Virus record (IMG/VR): IMGVR_UViG_3300022833_000006 | Direction: 5' to 3' (one strand) | Length of the DNA stretch: 64,000 nt | Source: an uncultured virus (IMG/VR IMGVR_UViG_3300022833_000006) | Lineage: Duplodnaviria > Heunggongvirae > Uroviricota > Caudoviricetes > Crassvirales | Shown here: piece after piece, positions 18,327 to 27,615 of the stretch | Layout of the letters: the number at the start of each line of letters is the position of its first letter | How positions within the stretch are numbered: position 1 is the first letter of the stretch | Notes under the pieces: generated by a model | The model's database searches: none | What the model saw: the letters and a program-made list of their open reading frames with translations, nothing else | Told to the model about the DNA's origin: nothing | Position numbers and translations under genes: made by a program

Positions 18327-20401
18327 TGGCAATACCAGAAATAATTAACCCAGGAACACCTAACAATAAAGATGGTGATAAATTAAGAAACGCTTTTGTA
18401 AAAGTAATTAATATATTTAATGATATTTATTCAAAATTATTTACAAAAACATCTGAATTAATAAATGACGGAGAAGATGGGGTTAATCCTTTTATAAATT
18501 TAACACATATAAATATACAAAACGTCACCAATGCAGGTGCTTTAATGGATTCAGAAATTGAAAACTTAGATCAAGTAAAAGCATTTGATTCTGATGATTA
18601 TGCAACAGCAGCACAAGGAGATTTAGTTGATAATAGTGTGCAGGTTACAGGAGATCAATTAATTGAAGGCTTAAAAGAATTTAAAGCAGAAGTAAGTAGA
18701 TTTTATAACACTAATCAATCAATTGCGATTGAAATTAGAAACAGTTTATTAAGTATTCCAACAAGTTCAATACCCTCAATAATAGGAACAACAGACACTT
18801 TTGATGGAAATACAAACGGAGATTTAATTTTTCAAGCAAGGACAGGTATTGGAAAAATTCAATTTTTCTCTGATGGTATAAGAAAAATGGTAATGTTAAA
18901 TTCTGGAAATTTTGGAATAGGAACATCAAGTCCAACAGAAAAACTACAAGTAAGTGGAAACGTAAAAGCAACTAAGTTTATAGGAGATGGATCAGAGTTA
19001 ACAGGCTTAAGAAAACCATTTGAACCTTATGACAACGAAACATTATTATTCAATGATCAAGCAGAACAAGAAGAAGGTTATGCTTATTTTGTAACAAACT
19101 TAGATAATATATATCTTTATTTAGGTACTACAAATGGAGATGAAGATGATTATAAAATATATAGTGGAGATAATTATGCAACAGCAGCACAAGGTTTATT
19201 AGCTAATACGTCTATGCAGTTAATATCAACTATTGATGGTGATTTTAATAATCATGTAGAAACAGGCTTTTATAAAGTACAATCAGCTACATTCAGCAAT
19301 TTTCCAGCTAATTCAAATATAGGAAACGGAGGTTCTTTAATAGTACATAAAGTTATTGCTGGAACATCTAATGTATCTACTCAAACTATAATTGATCTAA
19401 ATGGAAAACTTTTTACTAGAGCCGTAGTTGTTGATTTTATGTTTGGTAACAGTGAAACCGATTGGATAGAATACGCAAATAAAGAAGAAGTTGATAATTC
19501 TGTAAAAAAAACAGGAGAAACGAATCAAAGTATTGAGGGAGATTTAGAAGTAGAAAAAAGTATTTCAGTTGGAGATGGTAGTTACGCTTTTTCAAAATCC
19601 GCTAGTCCTAGTATTGCAGATAGCGTATTTACAATAGCAGGGCAGCCAACAGTCCGACAATTTGTTCAATATTTAGATACTACTAATACTTTGCTATGGG
19701 GTGTAAGGTTTCATGAAGGGGGAAGTAATTACAGAAACGTTATTAGTATTAAAACGAATGACGATACAGTCGATACTTTAAGAAATTTAAGAGTAGGTGA
19801 GAAATTACTAGTTAACACTTCTACTGCACATTCAAGTGCACAAGTACAAATAGACAGTACAACAACAGGTAGTCTTGCAGTTCCTAGAATGACAAAAGTT
19901 CAAAGAGTTGCTATTTCAACCCCAGCAACAGGTTTACAAGTTTATCAAACAGATGAACGTATAGGTTTATTTACATATAACGGTACAGACTGGGTTAACT
20001 ATATAAGACCTCCATTTGAACCATATGACAACGAAACATTATTATTCAATGATCAATCAGAGCAAGAAGAAAGTTACGCATATTATGTAACTGGACTAGA
20101 TAGTATATATTTATACTTAGGAACAACTAACGGAGATGTAACTGACTATCAAGTATTTATTGCCAATAATACTTTTAAAGCTACTTTTACAATAGATTTA
20201 ATAGATCTTCAAGAAGTAGACTTTTACGCTTCAAGAGATTTAAAAATAAATACTATTACAAACTTAGTAGCAAGTCCAACAATTACATTAAAAGTAAATG
20301 ACTCTACTTACACCCTTGAAGATTTAATATCACAAGGAGATAAAGTAACAGTAGAAAGCGATATTGCAAGTGTAATAAACTTAAACGCAATTTATGAATA
20401 A
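18326..20401 (+). CDS. mosaic tail fibre protein
   Basis: N-terminal GTPNNKDGDKLRNAF anchor motif, GNFGIGTSSPTEKLQVSGN and IDSTTTG..VPRMT...GLQVYQTD fibre motifs; internal repeats. Confidence 0.8.
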   Translation: MAIPEIINPGTPNNKDGDKLRNAFVKVINIFNDIYSKLFTKTSELINDGEDGVNPFINLTHINIQNVTNAGALMDSEIENLDQVKAFDSDDYATAAQGDLVDNSVQVTGDQLIEGLKEFKAEVSRFYNTNQSIAIEIRNSLLSIPTSSIPSIIGTTDTFDGNTNGDLIFQARTGIGKIQFFSDGIRKMVMLNSGNFGIGTSSPTEKLQVSGNVKATKFIGDGSELTGLRKPFEPYDNETLLFNDQAEQEEGYAYFVTNLDNIYLYLGTTNGDEDDYKIYSGDNYATAAQGLLANTSMQLISTIDGDFNNHVETGFYKVQSATFSNFPANSNIGNGGSLIVHKVIAGTSNVSTQTIIDLNGKLFTRAVVVDFMFGNSETDWIEYANKEEVDNSVKKTGETNQSIEGDLEVEKSISVGDGSYAFSKSASPSIADSVFTIAGQPTVRQFVQYLDTTNTLLWGVRFHEGGSNYRNVISIKTNDDTVDTLRNLRVGEKLLVNTSTAHSSAQVQIDSTTTGSLAVPRMTKVQRVAISTPATGLQVYQTDERIGLFTYNGTDWVNYIRPPFEPYDNETLLFNDQSEQEESYAYYVTGLDSIYLYLGTTNGDVTDYQVFIANNTFKATFTIDLIDLQEVDFYASRDLKINTITNLVASPTITLKVNDSTYTLEDLISQGDKVTVESDIASVINLNAIYE
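19010..20149 (+). repeat. 144-bp direct repeat pair in the tail fibre gene (19010-19153 and 20006-20149)
   Basis: Both copies encode R.PFEPYDNETLLFNDQ.EQEE.YAY.VT.LD.IYLYLGTTNGD..DY; 33-bp identical core TATGACAACGAAACATTATTATTCAATGATCAA. Confidence 0.9.
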
Positions 20402-20531
20402 TATATATATAAAAGCAAGATTAACATATGCACAAGGATTAACTGAATCATTTAAAAATTCAGTTCTAATTGATGGTGGAGTGTTTGAAGCACAACAATG
20501 TTTAATTAATGATTTAAAAAAGATATTATGA
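20394..20531 (+). CDS. small hypothetical protein (45 aa, MNNIYIKARL...)
   Basis: Read manually; ends TGA in an ATGA overlap with the next gene. Confidence 0.5.
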   Translation: MNNIYIKARLTYAQGLTESFKNSVLIDGGVFEAQQCLINDLKKIL

Positions 20532-22195
20532 GCCTATTTGAAAAAGCAAGTATTATAGTAACTCCTAATGCTACAAAAGAAGATATTATATATGGCATAA
20601 AAGGAACACACTTAGATTTTGTAAGAGCTACTAATGCAACTAGAGTTAACGCAAACAAGATGGTTGAGCTTTCTAAACCTGATGTACCTCGTTTAGATTA
20701 TACAGATAGCCCTATACTAGAACCAAAAAGAACTAATCTTCTTACTCATAGTGAAGGGGATTTAAGTACAAATTCTATTGACCTTAATGTAACAGATGCA
20801 GTTACTTCTATTGATGGGTTTTCCAATTCAATACAATTTAATAATACAGATGCTTCTTATGCTTATAGAGCAGTTTCTTTAGACGCTACTAAAATTCATA
20901 CTTTTAGTGTATTTGTAGAAATGGAAGATGGAAGTGCTCCAATATGCGATATCCAAGCGGCACTAGGAAATTTTGTTTTTAATATTACTAGTTCATCAGC
21001 AACGGGAACTTATGTAGTTACTTTAATAAGAGGTAATATTTACAGAGTATCAGTAACGCAAATACCTACGGGAAACAACGTTAGTATGGGGATAATTCGT
21101 TACAATACTCAAATTTTAAAAGCTTTTAAAATTACTGGTTTTCAAATGGAAGAAGGCAATACATTAACTTCTTACATACCCACAACAACAACCACAGTAA
21201 CAAGAGAAGTAAGTGTAGGTTGTCCTAGTATATTAATAGAACCAGAAGCTACTAATTTAGAAGAGACATCTAATAGTGGTAGTTATGGAAACCCTCCAGG
21301 TTCTGAAATATTAGCTATTTCACCAGACGGAACAAATAATGCTATACGACCTGTACCAGATGCCGACAGTGATAGATACGAATACCAGATCGAAAAAAAT
21401 GTTTATTCAAGTGGAGATAAACTTACATATAGTTGGTATAGAAAAAGGTTTAGTACACCTGCTGAAAATTCTACTATAATAGGAGATTTAAACATTCGTA
21501 CATTAGTCAATTGTGCTCAAATTGGTAACACTATTAAAATTCAGACTAACATAAATGGGTATGATAGATTTTCAGCTACAATAGAAATTACAGATGGTTC
21601 TTTACAGACTATATTAAGAATTTATTTTTATGATGCTATAGGAATAGGAAATTCATCAGTAGCATATTGGGGACATCAATTAGAAGTTGGATCATATGCA
21701 ACTTCATTAATATTAACAACAAACGCAGCAGTTACAAGAAATGAAGAAGCAGTTGGAAAAATAGGAGTTACAACTTTATTTAATAGCGAAGAAGGCGTAT
21801 TGTATTGTGAGATAGCAGCTTTTTCTAATAACTCAACGGGGCAGTATATAGCAATAAGTGATGTTGGAAATACACAAATAAGAGTAGGGTATTTAAGTGG
21901 AAAGATATATATACAAGTAAGAATTTCAAACGTTGTTATCTACACCCATTCTGAAACAGTAACATTAACAAACTTTAATAAAGTTGCTTTTTCTTGGACT
22001 AACTCAACGCAAAAAGTCTTCGTAAATGGAGCTTTAGTAGATTCAGAAAGTGAAGATACAACTATATCAACAGGAACGTTAAATTCATTAGACTTGGGTA
22101 TAGGAAGTATTCCTCCTTTTTATGGAAAACTAAAAGGTCTACAAGTTTACAAAACAGCATTAACAGATGCAGAATTAATAAAACTAACAACTTAA
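20528..22195 (+). CDS. fibre/spike protein with a duplicated module and C-terminal LamG/concanavalin-like domain
   Basis: FVRATNATRVN, PRLDY, two (L/I)EP..TNL ... (M/L)E.G...TS.I.T modules; KVFVNG and VYKTALTDAEL LamG-like end. Confidence 0.75.
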   Translation: MSLFEKASIIVTPNATKEDIIYGIKGTHLDFVRATNATRVNANKMVELSKPDVPRLDYTDSPILEPKRTNLLTHSEGDLSTNSIDLNVTDAVTSIDGFSNSIQFNNTDASYAYRAVSLDATKIHTFSVFVEMEDGSAPICDIQAALGNFVFNITSSSATGTYVVTLIRGNIYRVSVTQIPTGNNVSMGIIRYNTQILKAFKITGFQMEEGNTLTSYIPTTTTTVTREVSVGCPSILIEPEATNLEETSNSGSYGNPPGSEILAISPDGTNNAIRPVPDADSDRYEYQIEKNVYSSGDKLTYSWYRKRFSTPAENSTIIGDLNIRTLVNCAQIGNTIKIQTNINGYDRFSATIEITDGSLQTILRIYFYDAIGIGNSSVAYWGHQLEVGSYATSLILTTNAAVTRNEEAVGKIGVTTLFNSEEGVLYCEIAAFSNNSTGQYIAISDVGNTQIRVGYLSGKIYIQVRISNVVIYTHSETVTLTNFNKVAFSWTNSTQKVFVNGALVDSESEDTTISTGTLNSLDLGIGSIPPFYGKLKGLQVYKTALTDAELIKLTT

Positions 22196-22205
22196 AATAA
22201 CTACA

Positions 22206-22925
22206 ATGAAAATAAGACACGAAGGAACAGAAAAAGTAACTTACACTCAATGGGGTGAGAGACTATCAGGTTTTATGCTTGATGCAAATAGAGTTACAAG
22301 TAACAACCACCCAGAGAACAAAGATGGTTTTCCTAGAATAGATATTGACATAACTAAAATCATAGATGGTTTTGATGCTAAAGTAAGATACTACCAAGTA
22401 ACAAACCCTAATGACGACTTGACACAAGAGCAAATAGATGCAATACTTGCACAAGAGCTAGTTAAAGCTAATGCTCCAAACGTATCTATTAATACACAAT
22501 CAGTATTTAGAAACGAACAAAGCGTAATTCTAAACGAGCAAAACATAATTCTAAACGAGCAAAACGCTATTATAAACGAAGAGAGTAGGATTACAAATGA
22601 AGAAAATCCAGATGATGAACCTATTGAATTAATACCTTTTATTCAAGTTATAGAACCTATTGCTATTCTTGATCTATTGTCGTTAGATCAAATGGTATTA
22701 CCAGAAGTAGCTTTAAAAGCTAGATTGATATTTAGTTACCCTTATAAAGCAAGTTTAGAAAGCACACAAGCTATGCTAACAGCAGCAAGCGTACACCCAG
22801 CAGTAGAAAATCTTACTGGTTTAGATTTAGTAAGGGGTCTAATGCAAGTAATGACAATGGCAGATATATTGGAAAACGATGTATTTGGATTAACTGAAAA
22901 TCAATGGATTCAATCCGTAATATAA
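22206..22925 (+). CDS. hypothetical tail-associated protein with a short heptad repeat
   Basis: ORF in the fibre module; NEQxxIL repeats. Confidence 0.6.
   Translation: MKIRHEGTEKVTYTQWGERLSGFMLDANRVTSNNHPENKDGFPRIDIDITKIIDGFDAKVRYYQVTNPNDDLTQEQIDAILAQELVKANAPNVSINTQSVFRNEQSVILNEQNIILNEQNAIINEESRITNEENPDDEPIELIPFIQVIEPIAILDLLSLDQMVLPEVALKARLIFSYPYKASLESTQAMLTAASVHPAVENLTGLDLVRGLMQVMTMADILENDVFGLTENQWIQSVI
22512..22580 (+). repeat. 21-bp tandem repeat (about 3.3 copies) encoding NEQ(S/N)xI(L/I)
   Basis: AACGAACAAAGCGTAATTCTA AACGAGCAAAACATAATTCTA AACGAGCAAAACGCTATTATA AACGAA. Confidence 0.85.
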
Positions 22926-22929
22926 TATT

Positions 22930-23424
22930 ATGAAACTAAAATCTACATCAAACTATTTTGAACAGTCCAAAGCAAACCTTTCTTTAGGTAAGGAAGATAT
23001 GATGTGGCTTTTAAACAACAGAGGGTTTACCGAAGATCAACAAGATTACTTTGTTCTAGCTTACGAATATTTTTGTTTGTTTCCAGATAAATATGATGGA
23101 GCTACACAAAGTCAAGACTTGATAGATGTGCTATCAAGGCAAGAAAGTTTTGATGGATTAGAGTTATCGGCTATGCTACACGATTGGATTTATATATTTC
23201 TAAAAGCTAGATACTCGGTTAAAACTATGAAGGTCGCAGATAAAATAATGGAGTTTATAATGCACAGGTTTAGCAAAAGTGGATTTGAAATAAGTTGGAG
23301 ATTATTTAGATTAGCAATAATTAGAAGACCATTTGCTATCTTTAATCAAATTAAGGTGTGGTTTAATAAAAAACCTAAAGTTTTAGAAATTAAAAAAATA
23401 TATTTAATATTTATAAATAATTAA
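22930..23424 (+). CDS. DUF1353-like protein
   Basis: YDGAT...SAMLHDWIY...ADK pattern resembles the DUF1353 DGAS/HDxLY motif. Confidence 0.5.
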   Translation: MKLKSTSNYFEQSKANLSLGKEDMMWLLNNRGFTEDQQDYFVLAYEYFCLFPDKYDGATQSQDLIDVLSRQESFDGLELSAMLHDWIYIFLKARYSVKTMKVADKIMEFIMHRFSKSGFEISWRLFRLAIIRRPFAIFNQIKVWFNKKPKVLEIKKIYLIFINN

Positions 23425-23427
23425 TAA

Positions 23428-24162
23428 ATGGCATTATTTACAATAACAGTTAATAAAAGTGTTAATTTACCACCTAATCAAATAGGTAACAATACAAATT
23501 CTGTAATAAATTATGAAAATTTAGAATACACATTTTTATTGTCTAATTTTACTACAGATACAATTCCTGTATATTCTGACCCAGAAGGAGATGATGTTTA
23601 CAAACTTAAAATAACATCATTACCAGGGATTGGTAAATTATTATATAATGATATTGACGTAGAAGTGAATGATGAAATTATAGCTTCTAATATATCTTTG
23701 TTAGTTTATGAAATAGATCAATCAGTTACAACAGGTTACAGTTTTAATTTTACTTTTAATTTATCTGATACAGGTTCTGAAAATTATTTTACAGGTTCAA
23801 ATGCTTCTTATAAAGCAGATGTAACAGCAATAATGAATCAAGCACCTAGTTCTGTTGGTAATAAAACATTTACTATAAGTGATAACGAAATAGTAGTTTT
23901 TACTGTAGAAAATTTTACAACTGAAACTACTCCTACATATGCTGACCCAGAAGGAGACCCTGCAAATAAACTTAAAATAACAAGCTTACCATCTACTGGT
24001 ATTATTAATCTAAATTCAATACCTGTAAATATTAATCAAATAATTTTGTTTAATGAAATAAAAGATGGAGAATTAACATACACTCCAGATGATTCAGCTC
24101 CTTATAATATGACTTTTAATTTTAAAATAGCAGATTTAGGTTCTGGTATTTTTGTAGGTTAA
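23428..24162 (+). CDS. virion protein with two cadherin/Ig-like repeats
   Basis: Two copies of NFTT.T.P.Y.DPEGD...KLKITSLP..G...F.F...D.GS. Confidence 0.7.
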   Translation: MALFTITVNKSVNLPPNQIGNNTNSVINYENLEYTFLLSNFTTDTIPVYSDPEGDDVYKLKITSLPGIGKLLYNDIDVEVNDEIIASNISLLVYEIDQSVTTGYSFNFTFNLSDTGSENYFTGSNASYKADVTAIMNQAPSSVGNKTFTISDNEIVVFTVENFTTETTPTYADPEGDPANKLKITSLPSTGIINLNSIPVNINQIILFNEIKDGELTYTPDDSAPYNMTFNFKIADLGSGIFVG

Positions 24163-24196
24163 ATAAAATAAATAATAATATAGTAAATTGACAAAA

Positions 24197-24490
24197 ATGA
24201 CATACACTGACGTATTGAACTATTTACCTATTATAACTATAGTAGGTATAGTTTGGAGATTTTATAGTTTTGCACAAAGTTCAGCTACAAAAGAAGAAGC
24301 TCTTAAAAACAGAATATCTAATATTGAAAAAGAAAATCTTAGAAATGATAAGGAATTAATTTTAATAAAAAATAAAATGGAAAATGCAAATGAGCAAATC
24401 TTAGAAAAATTAGATACACAATCTGAAAGACAAGATAGAAAAATGGAAGAGCTTAAAAACTTAATATTAGAAATTTTTAGAGATAAATAA
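24197..24490 (+). CDS. membrane-anchored coiled-coil protein (holin or lysis-associated)
   Basis: Single N-terminal TM plus coiled coil directly before the endolysin; ATG 24197 preferred to TTG 24188. Confidence 0.55.
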   Translation: MTYTDVLNYLPIITIVGIVWRFYSFAQSSATKEEALKNRISNIEKENLRNDKELILIKNKMENANEQILEKLDTQSERQDRKMEELKNLILEIFRDK

Positions 24491-24491
24491 T

Positions 24492-24851
24492 ATGAAATTA
24501 AAATATTTTACAATAAACGAATTTGATTCTCCTGATTTAGTAAATTCAGGTTCTAAAATGGAATCTTCATTTTTATTGTCTTTAGACAAAGCAAGAGATA
24601 TAGCTGAGATTTCATTTAGAATAACTTCTGGTTACAGAACAGTTACTCACAATGAAAAAGTAGGAGGAGTAAACGGAAGCTCTCATACTAAAGGATTAGC
24701 TGCTGACATTTCATGCAGTAGTTCAGCTAATAGATTTATAATAGTTAATGCATTATTAATAGCAGGTTTTACTAGAATAGGAATAGCTAATAATTTTATA
24801 CATGTAGATAGCGATCTTGAAAAAGTTCAAGATGTAATTTGGACATATTAA
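24492..24851 (+). CDS. endolysin, peptidase M15 family
   Basis: ITSGYRT..HN..VGG...SSH..GLAADI and FIHVD Zn-binding motifs. Confidence 0.88.
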   Translation: MKLKYFTINEFDSPDLVNSGSKMESSFLLSLDKARDIAEISFRITSGYRTVTHNEKVGGVNGSSHTKGLAADISCSSSANRFIIVNALLIAGFTRIGIANNFIHVDSDLEKVQDVIWTY

Positions 24852-24852
24852 T

Positions 24853-25362
24853 ATGAAACAGAGAATGAGTGATTTAAATCCTCCAAAAAAAGGATCGTAT
24901 AAAGAAAGAAATGGAACTACTCGCGTAGGTGATTTTCTTAGAACTATAGGTGGTGTAGCTCCTGAGATATTAGATATAGCAGGTAAAGTTACAGGTATAG
25001 GTGCGTTAGAAGTATTAGCTGATAAAATAAAAGGAACTAATACTATATCACCTGTTAACAAAGAATTTGCATTAAAAGAACTTGAATACGATGTATTAGA
25101 AGCTAAAGAAATAACAAAACGTTGGGAATCTGATATGACTTCAGATAGTTGGTTATCAAAAAACGTTAGACCTACTATTGTATTGTTTTTAACTATAATA
25201 ATGTCTATATATATAATTGTAGATAGTTCAGTTAATGGTTTTGAAGTAAAAAAACATTGGGTTGATTTATTAAGTTCTTTGTTATTACTAGTATATGGAG
25301 CATATTTTGGATCAAGAGGTTTAGAGAAGATACAAAAGATAAGAAAAAATAATATAAAATAA
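24853..25362 (+). CDS. holin (3TM / GTA-holin-like)
   Basis: RWESDM.SDSWLSKNVRP, two TM helices, YFGSRGLEK; adjacent to the endolysin. Confidence 0.75.
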   Translation: MKQRMSDLNPPKKGSYKERNGTTRVGDFLRTIGGVAPEILDIAGKVTGIGALEVLADKIKGTNTISPVNKEFALKELEYDVLEAKEITKRWESDMTSDSWLSKNVRPTIVLFLTIIMSIYIIVDSSVNGFEVKKHWVDLLSSLLLLVYGAYFGSRGLEKIQKIRKNNIK

Positions 25363-25373
25363 TAACTTAAACA

Positions 25374-25405
25374 TTAGGAATTGTCAATTATTATAACTAC
25401 CTTTG
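25374..25405 (+). promoter_or_regulatory. Bacteroidota-type promoter (TTAG-N20-TACCTTTG)
   Basis: TTAG 25374-25377 and TACCTTTG 25398-25405 upstream of ATG 25427. Confidence 0.7.
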
Positions 25406-25426
25406 TACTGAACTTAAATATAAAAT

Positions 25427-26362
25427 ATGAATTTACAAGAAATTAAACAATTTTTAATTGATAAACCTGGATATCTTAAAAAATCAGGAATAGTATTAGC
25501 AGAAAGATTATTTAGTGGTTATATTAAAGATGTAGATATAGCAACTTGTTATCAAGCATTGAGTGAAGTTAAATTAGAACTCAAAGAAGCTAGTTACAAA
25601 CCACAAGAACAAGGAGGTCGAGTTCTTATATATGATATAGAAACCTCTCCTAACATTGGATGGTTTTGGAGAGCTGGATATAAATTAAATATTTCTCCTG
25701 AAAATATAACTAAAGAAAGAGCAATTATTTGTGTTAGTTATAAATGGTTAGGAGAAGAAGAAGTTTACAATTTAGTATGGGACAAAAATCAATGTGATAA
25801 ATTCCTTATTGAAAACTTTATTGTAGTAATGAATGAAGCTGACATGATGGTTGCTCACAATGGCGACAGGTTTGATTTAAAATGGATTAAGACACGTGCA
25901 TTGTATCACGGCATCAAAGGAATGCTAATTGATTATAAGTCATTAGACACTCTTAAATTAGCTAAGAAGAAATTTAACTTTAACAGTAATAGACTTGACT
26001 ATATAGCTAAATATTTAGGGTTTGAAGGAAAAATTAAAACTAACATTGCTCTTTGGACTGATATAGTATTTAAAAAAGACGCTCAAGCTCTTAAAGACAT
26101 GGTTACTTATTGTGACGAAGATGTTAGACAACTTGAAAACGTATATTGCAAATTGGTAGGTTGGGAAAAACCTAAGTTTCATGCAGGCGTAATGCAAGGT
26201 AAAGAAAGATTTAGTTCTCCAATTAACGGAGGTTATAATCTAGAAAAAATTAAAGAAACTGTAACAACAGCTGGAACAGTTAAACACATAATGAAAGATT
26301 TAGATACTGATAGAATGTTTGAAATGAACGATTCTAATTATCAGAAATATTTAAACAGATAA
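25427..26362 (+). CDS. DEDD / RNase H-fold 3'-5' exonuclease-like protein
   Basis: YDIETSP (ExoI), AHNGDRFD (ExoII), DTLK..NRLDY, YCDEDV (ExoIII). Confidence 0.82.
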   Translation: MNLQEIKQFLIDKPGYLKKSGIVLAERLFSGYIKDVDIATCYQALSEVKLELKEASYKPQEQGGRVLIYDIETSPNIGWFWRAGYKLNISPENITKERAIICVSYKWLGEEEVYNLVWDKNQCDKFLIENFIVVMNEADMMVAHNGDRFDLKWIKTRALYHGIKGMLIDYKSLDTLKLAKKKFNFNSNRLDYIAKYLGFEGKIKTNIALWTDIVFKKDAQALKDMVTYCDEDVRQLENVYCKLVGWEKPKFHAGVMQGKERFSSPINGGYNLEKIKETVTTAGTVKHIMKDLDTDRMFEMNDSNYQKYLNR

Positions 26363-26383
26363 ATATATATTTAAGTTGAGTGT

Positions 26384-26419
26384 AAAACCCTTCTCCAAAA
26401 ACAGGGGGAGGGTTTTTTT
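26384..26419 (+). terminator. rho-independent terminator
   Basis: AAAACCCTTCTCC-loop-GGGGGAGGGTTTT followed by a T run. Confidence 0.8.
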
Positions 26420-26439
26420 ATTTAAAATAAAAAGAAACT

Positions 26440-27123
26440 ATGGCATTAATTGAAGAAATTGTTTACGATGTTCGTGAAGGAATTAAAGAATACTCAGATG
26501 ATAGTGAGTTTTCAAATGAATACATATTGTATTTGTATAATATTAAAAGAGCTAAGTATTTAAAACAACGTTTAGATAGATTTGGTCGTAAGTTTGATAA
26601 TAGAGTATTACAATCTTTATGTCTTGAATTACATGAAGTAAGTTCAGATATGTGTGGATTAGATGGTTGTGATAAAATAATGACTACTAAAAGACCTATA
26701 CCTAAGCTTTTACAATTAAGTGATAAAGATGCAATTGAAAGAGTTTCTCCTTCTGATCAATTAAGTAAAAAATTTAATAACATACCAAGAGAAAAAGCTC
26801 CTTATTATTTAAAAAGTAACTTTGCAAATAAAATAAAATCTTATTTACATGATGATGGTCATATATATTTAATATCATCTAAACCTATTTTTACTGATTG
26901 TATTAGTATTAGTGGTGTTTTTGAAAATCCATTAGAATTAAAAGAATATAAAAATTGTTGTAGTTGTGATGATTCAATTCCATGTTTTGATGAAATGAAA
27001 ACTGATTATCCTTTAAGTCCAGATTTACTTGATATAATAAGAATGGAAATAATTAACGAATTACTTGGAAGAAAAGATCCAAGACTACAAGACAGATCAA
27101 ACAACTCAGACGATGACCAATAA
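26440..27123 (+). CDS. ring / tail tubular protein
   Basis: EIVYDV, RAKYLKQ, Cys cluster, GVFENP and DYPL motifs; crAss synteny. Confidence 0.65.
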   Translation: MALIEEIVYDVREGIKEYSDDSEFSNEYILYLYNIKRAKYLKQRLDRFGRKFDNRVLQSLCLELHEVSSDMCGLDGCDKIMTTKRPIPKLLQLSDKDAIERVSPSDQLSKKFNNIPREKAPYYLKSNFANKIKSYLHDDGHIYLISSKPIFTDCISISGVFENPLELKEYKNCCSCDDSIPCFDEMKTDYPLSPDLLDIIRMEIINELLGRKDPRLQDRSNNSDDDQ

Positions 27124-27613
27124 AATAATATCTCATTACGGAATAAATGATTACTATAAATATTATAAAGAAAAATATCCTAACAGAGATATAACAAAAA
27201 AAGAATTTAAAAATATATATAGTTTATTTAATATAGAATTAGTAAAAGAAGTAATTGAAAAAGGTCAAATTAAATTACCTAAGAGATTTGGTCAAATAGA
27301 AATTATTAAAAAAGAAAGAAAAGTTTATATAAATAAAGAAGGTGTAGTTATTAATAATAAACCTATCAATTGGAAAGCTACTAAAGATTTATGGAAAGAA
27401 AATAAAGAAGCTAAAATTAACAAAATATTAATAAGACATAATAATAAACATACTGGTGGTTTTGTATTTAGAATATTTTATAATAAAAATATAGGTAAAT
27501 ATAAAAACAAAACTGTTTATTTTTTTAAACCAGTAAGAGATTTCTCAAGAAGTATAACTAAAAGAATTAATGATTATTCTAAGAGCAAATATGACGCTCA
27601 AATAAAACAATAA
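27113..27613 (+). CDS. IHF/HU-like basic protein of the crAss tail module
   Basis: IKLPKRFGQIEIIK, PINWKAT..LW, HTGG, FKPVR motifs; ATG 27113 preferred to TTG 27065. Confidence 0.65.
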   Translation: MTNKIISHYGINDYYKYYKEKYPNRDITKKEFKNIYSLFNIELVKEVIEKGQIKLPKRFGQIEIIKKERKVYINKEGVVINNKPINWKATKDLWKENKEAKINKILIRHNNKHTGGFVFRIFYNKNIGKYKNKTVYFFKPVRDFSRSITKRINDYSKSKYDAQIKQ

Positions 27614-27615
27614 CT

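Noticed and set aside
18326..22195. Diversity-generating retroelement or invertase shufflon acting on the fibres
   Set aside because: The repeats are direct and both copies are in-frame coding; differences are not clearly adenine-specific, and no reverse transcriptase or recombinase is in the window
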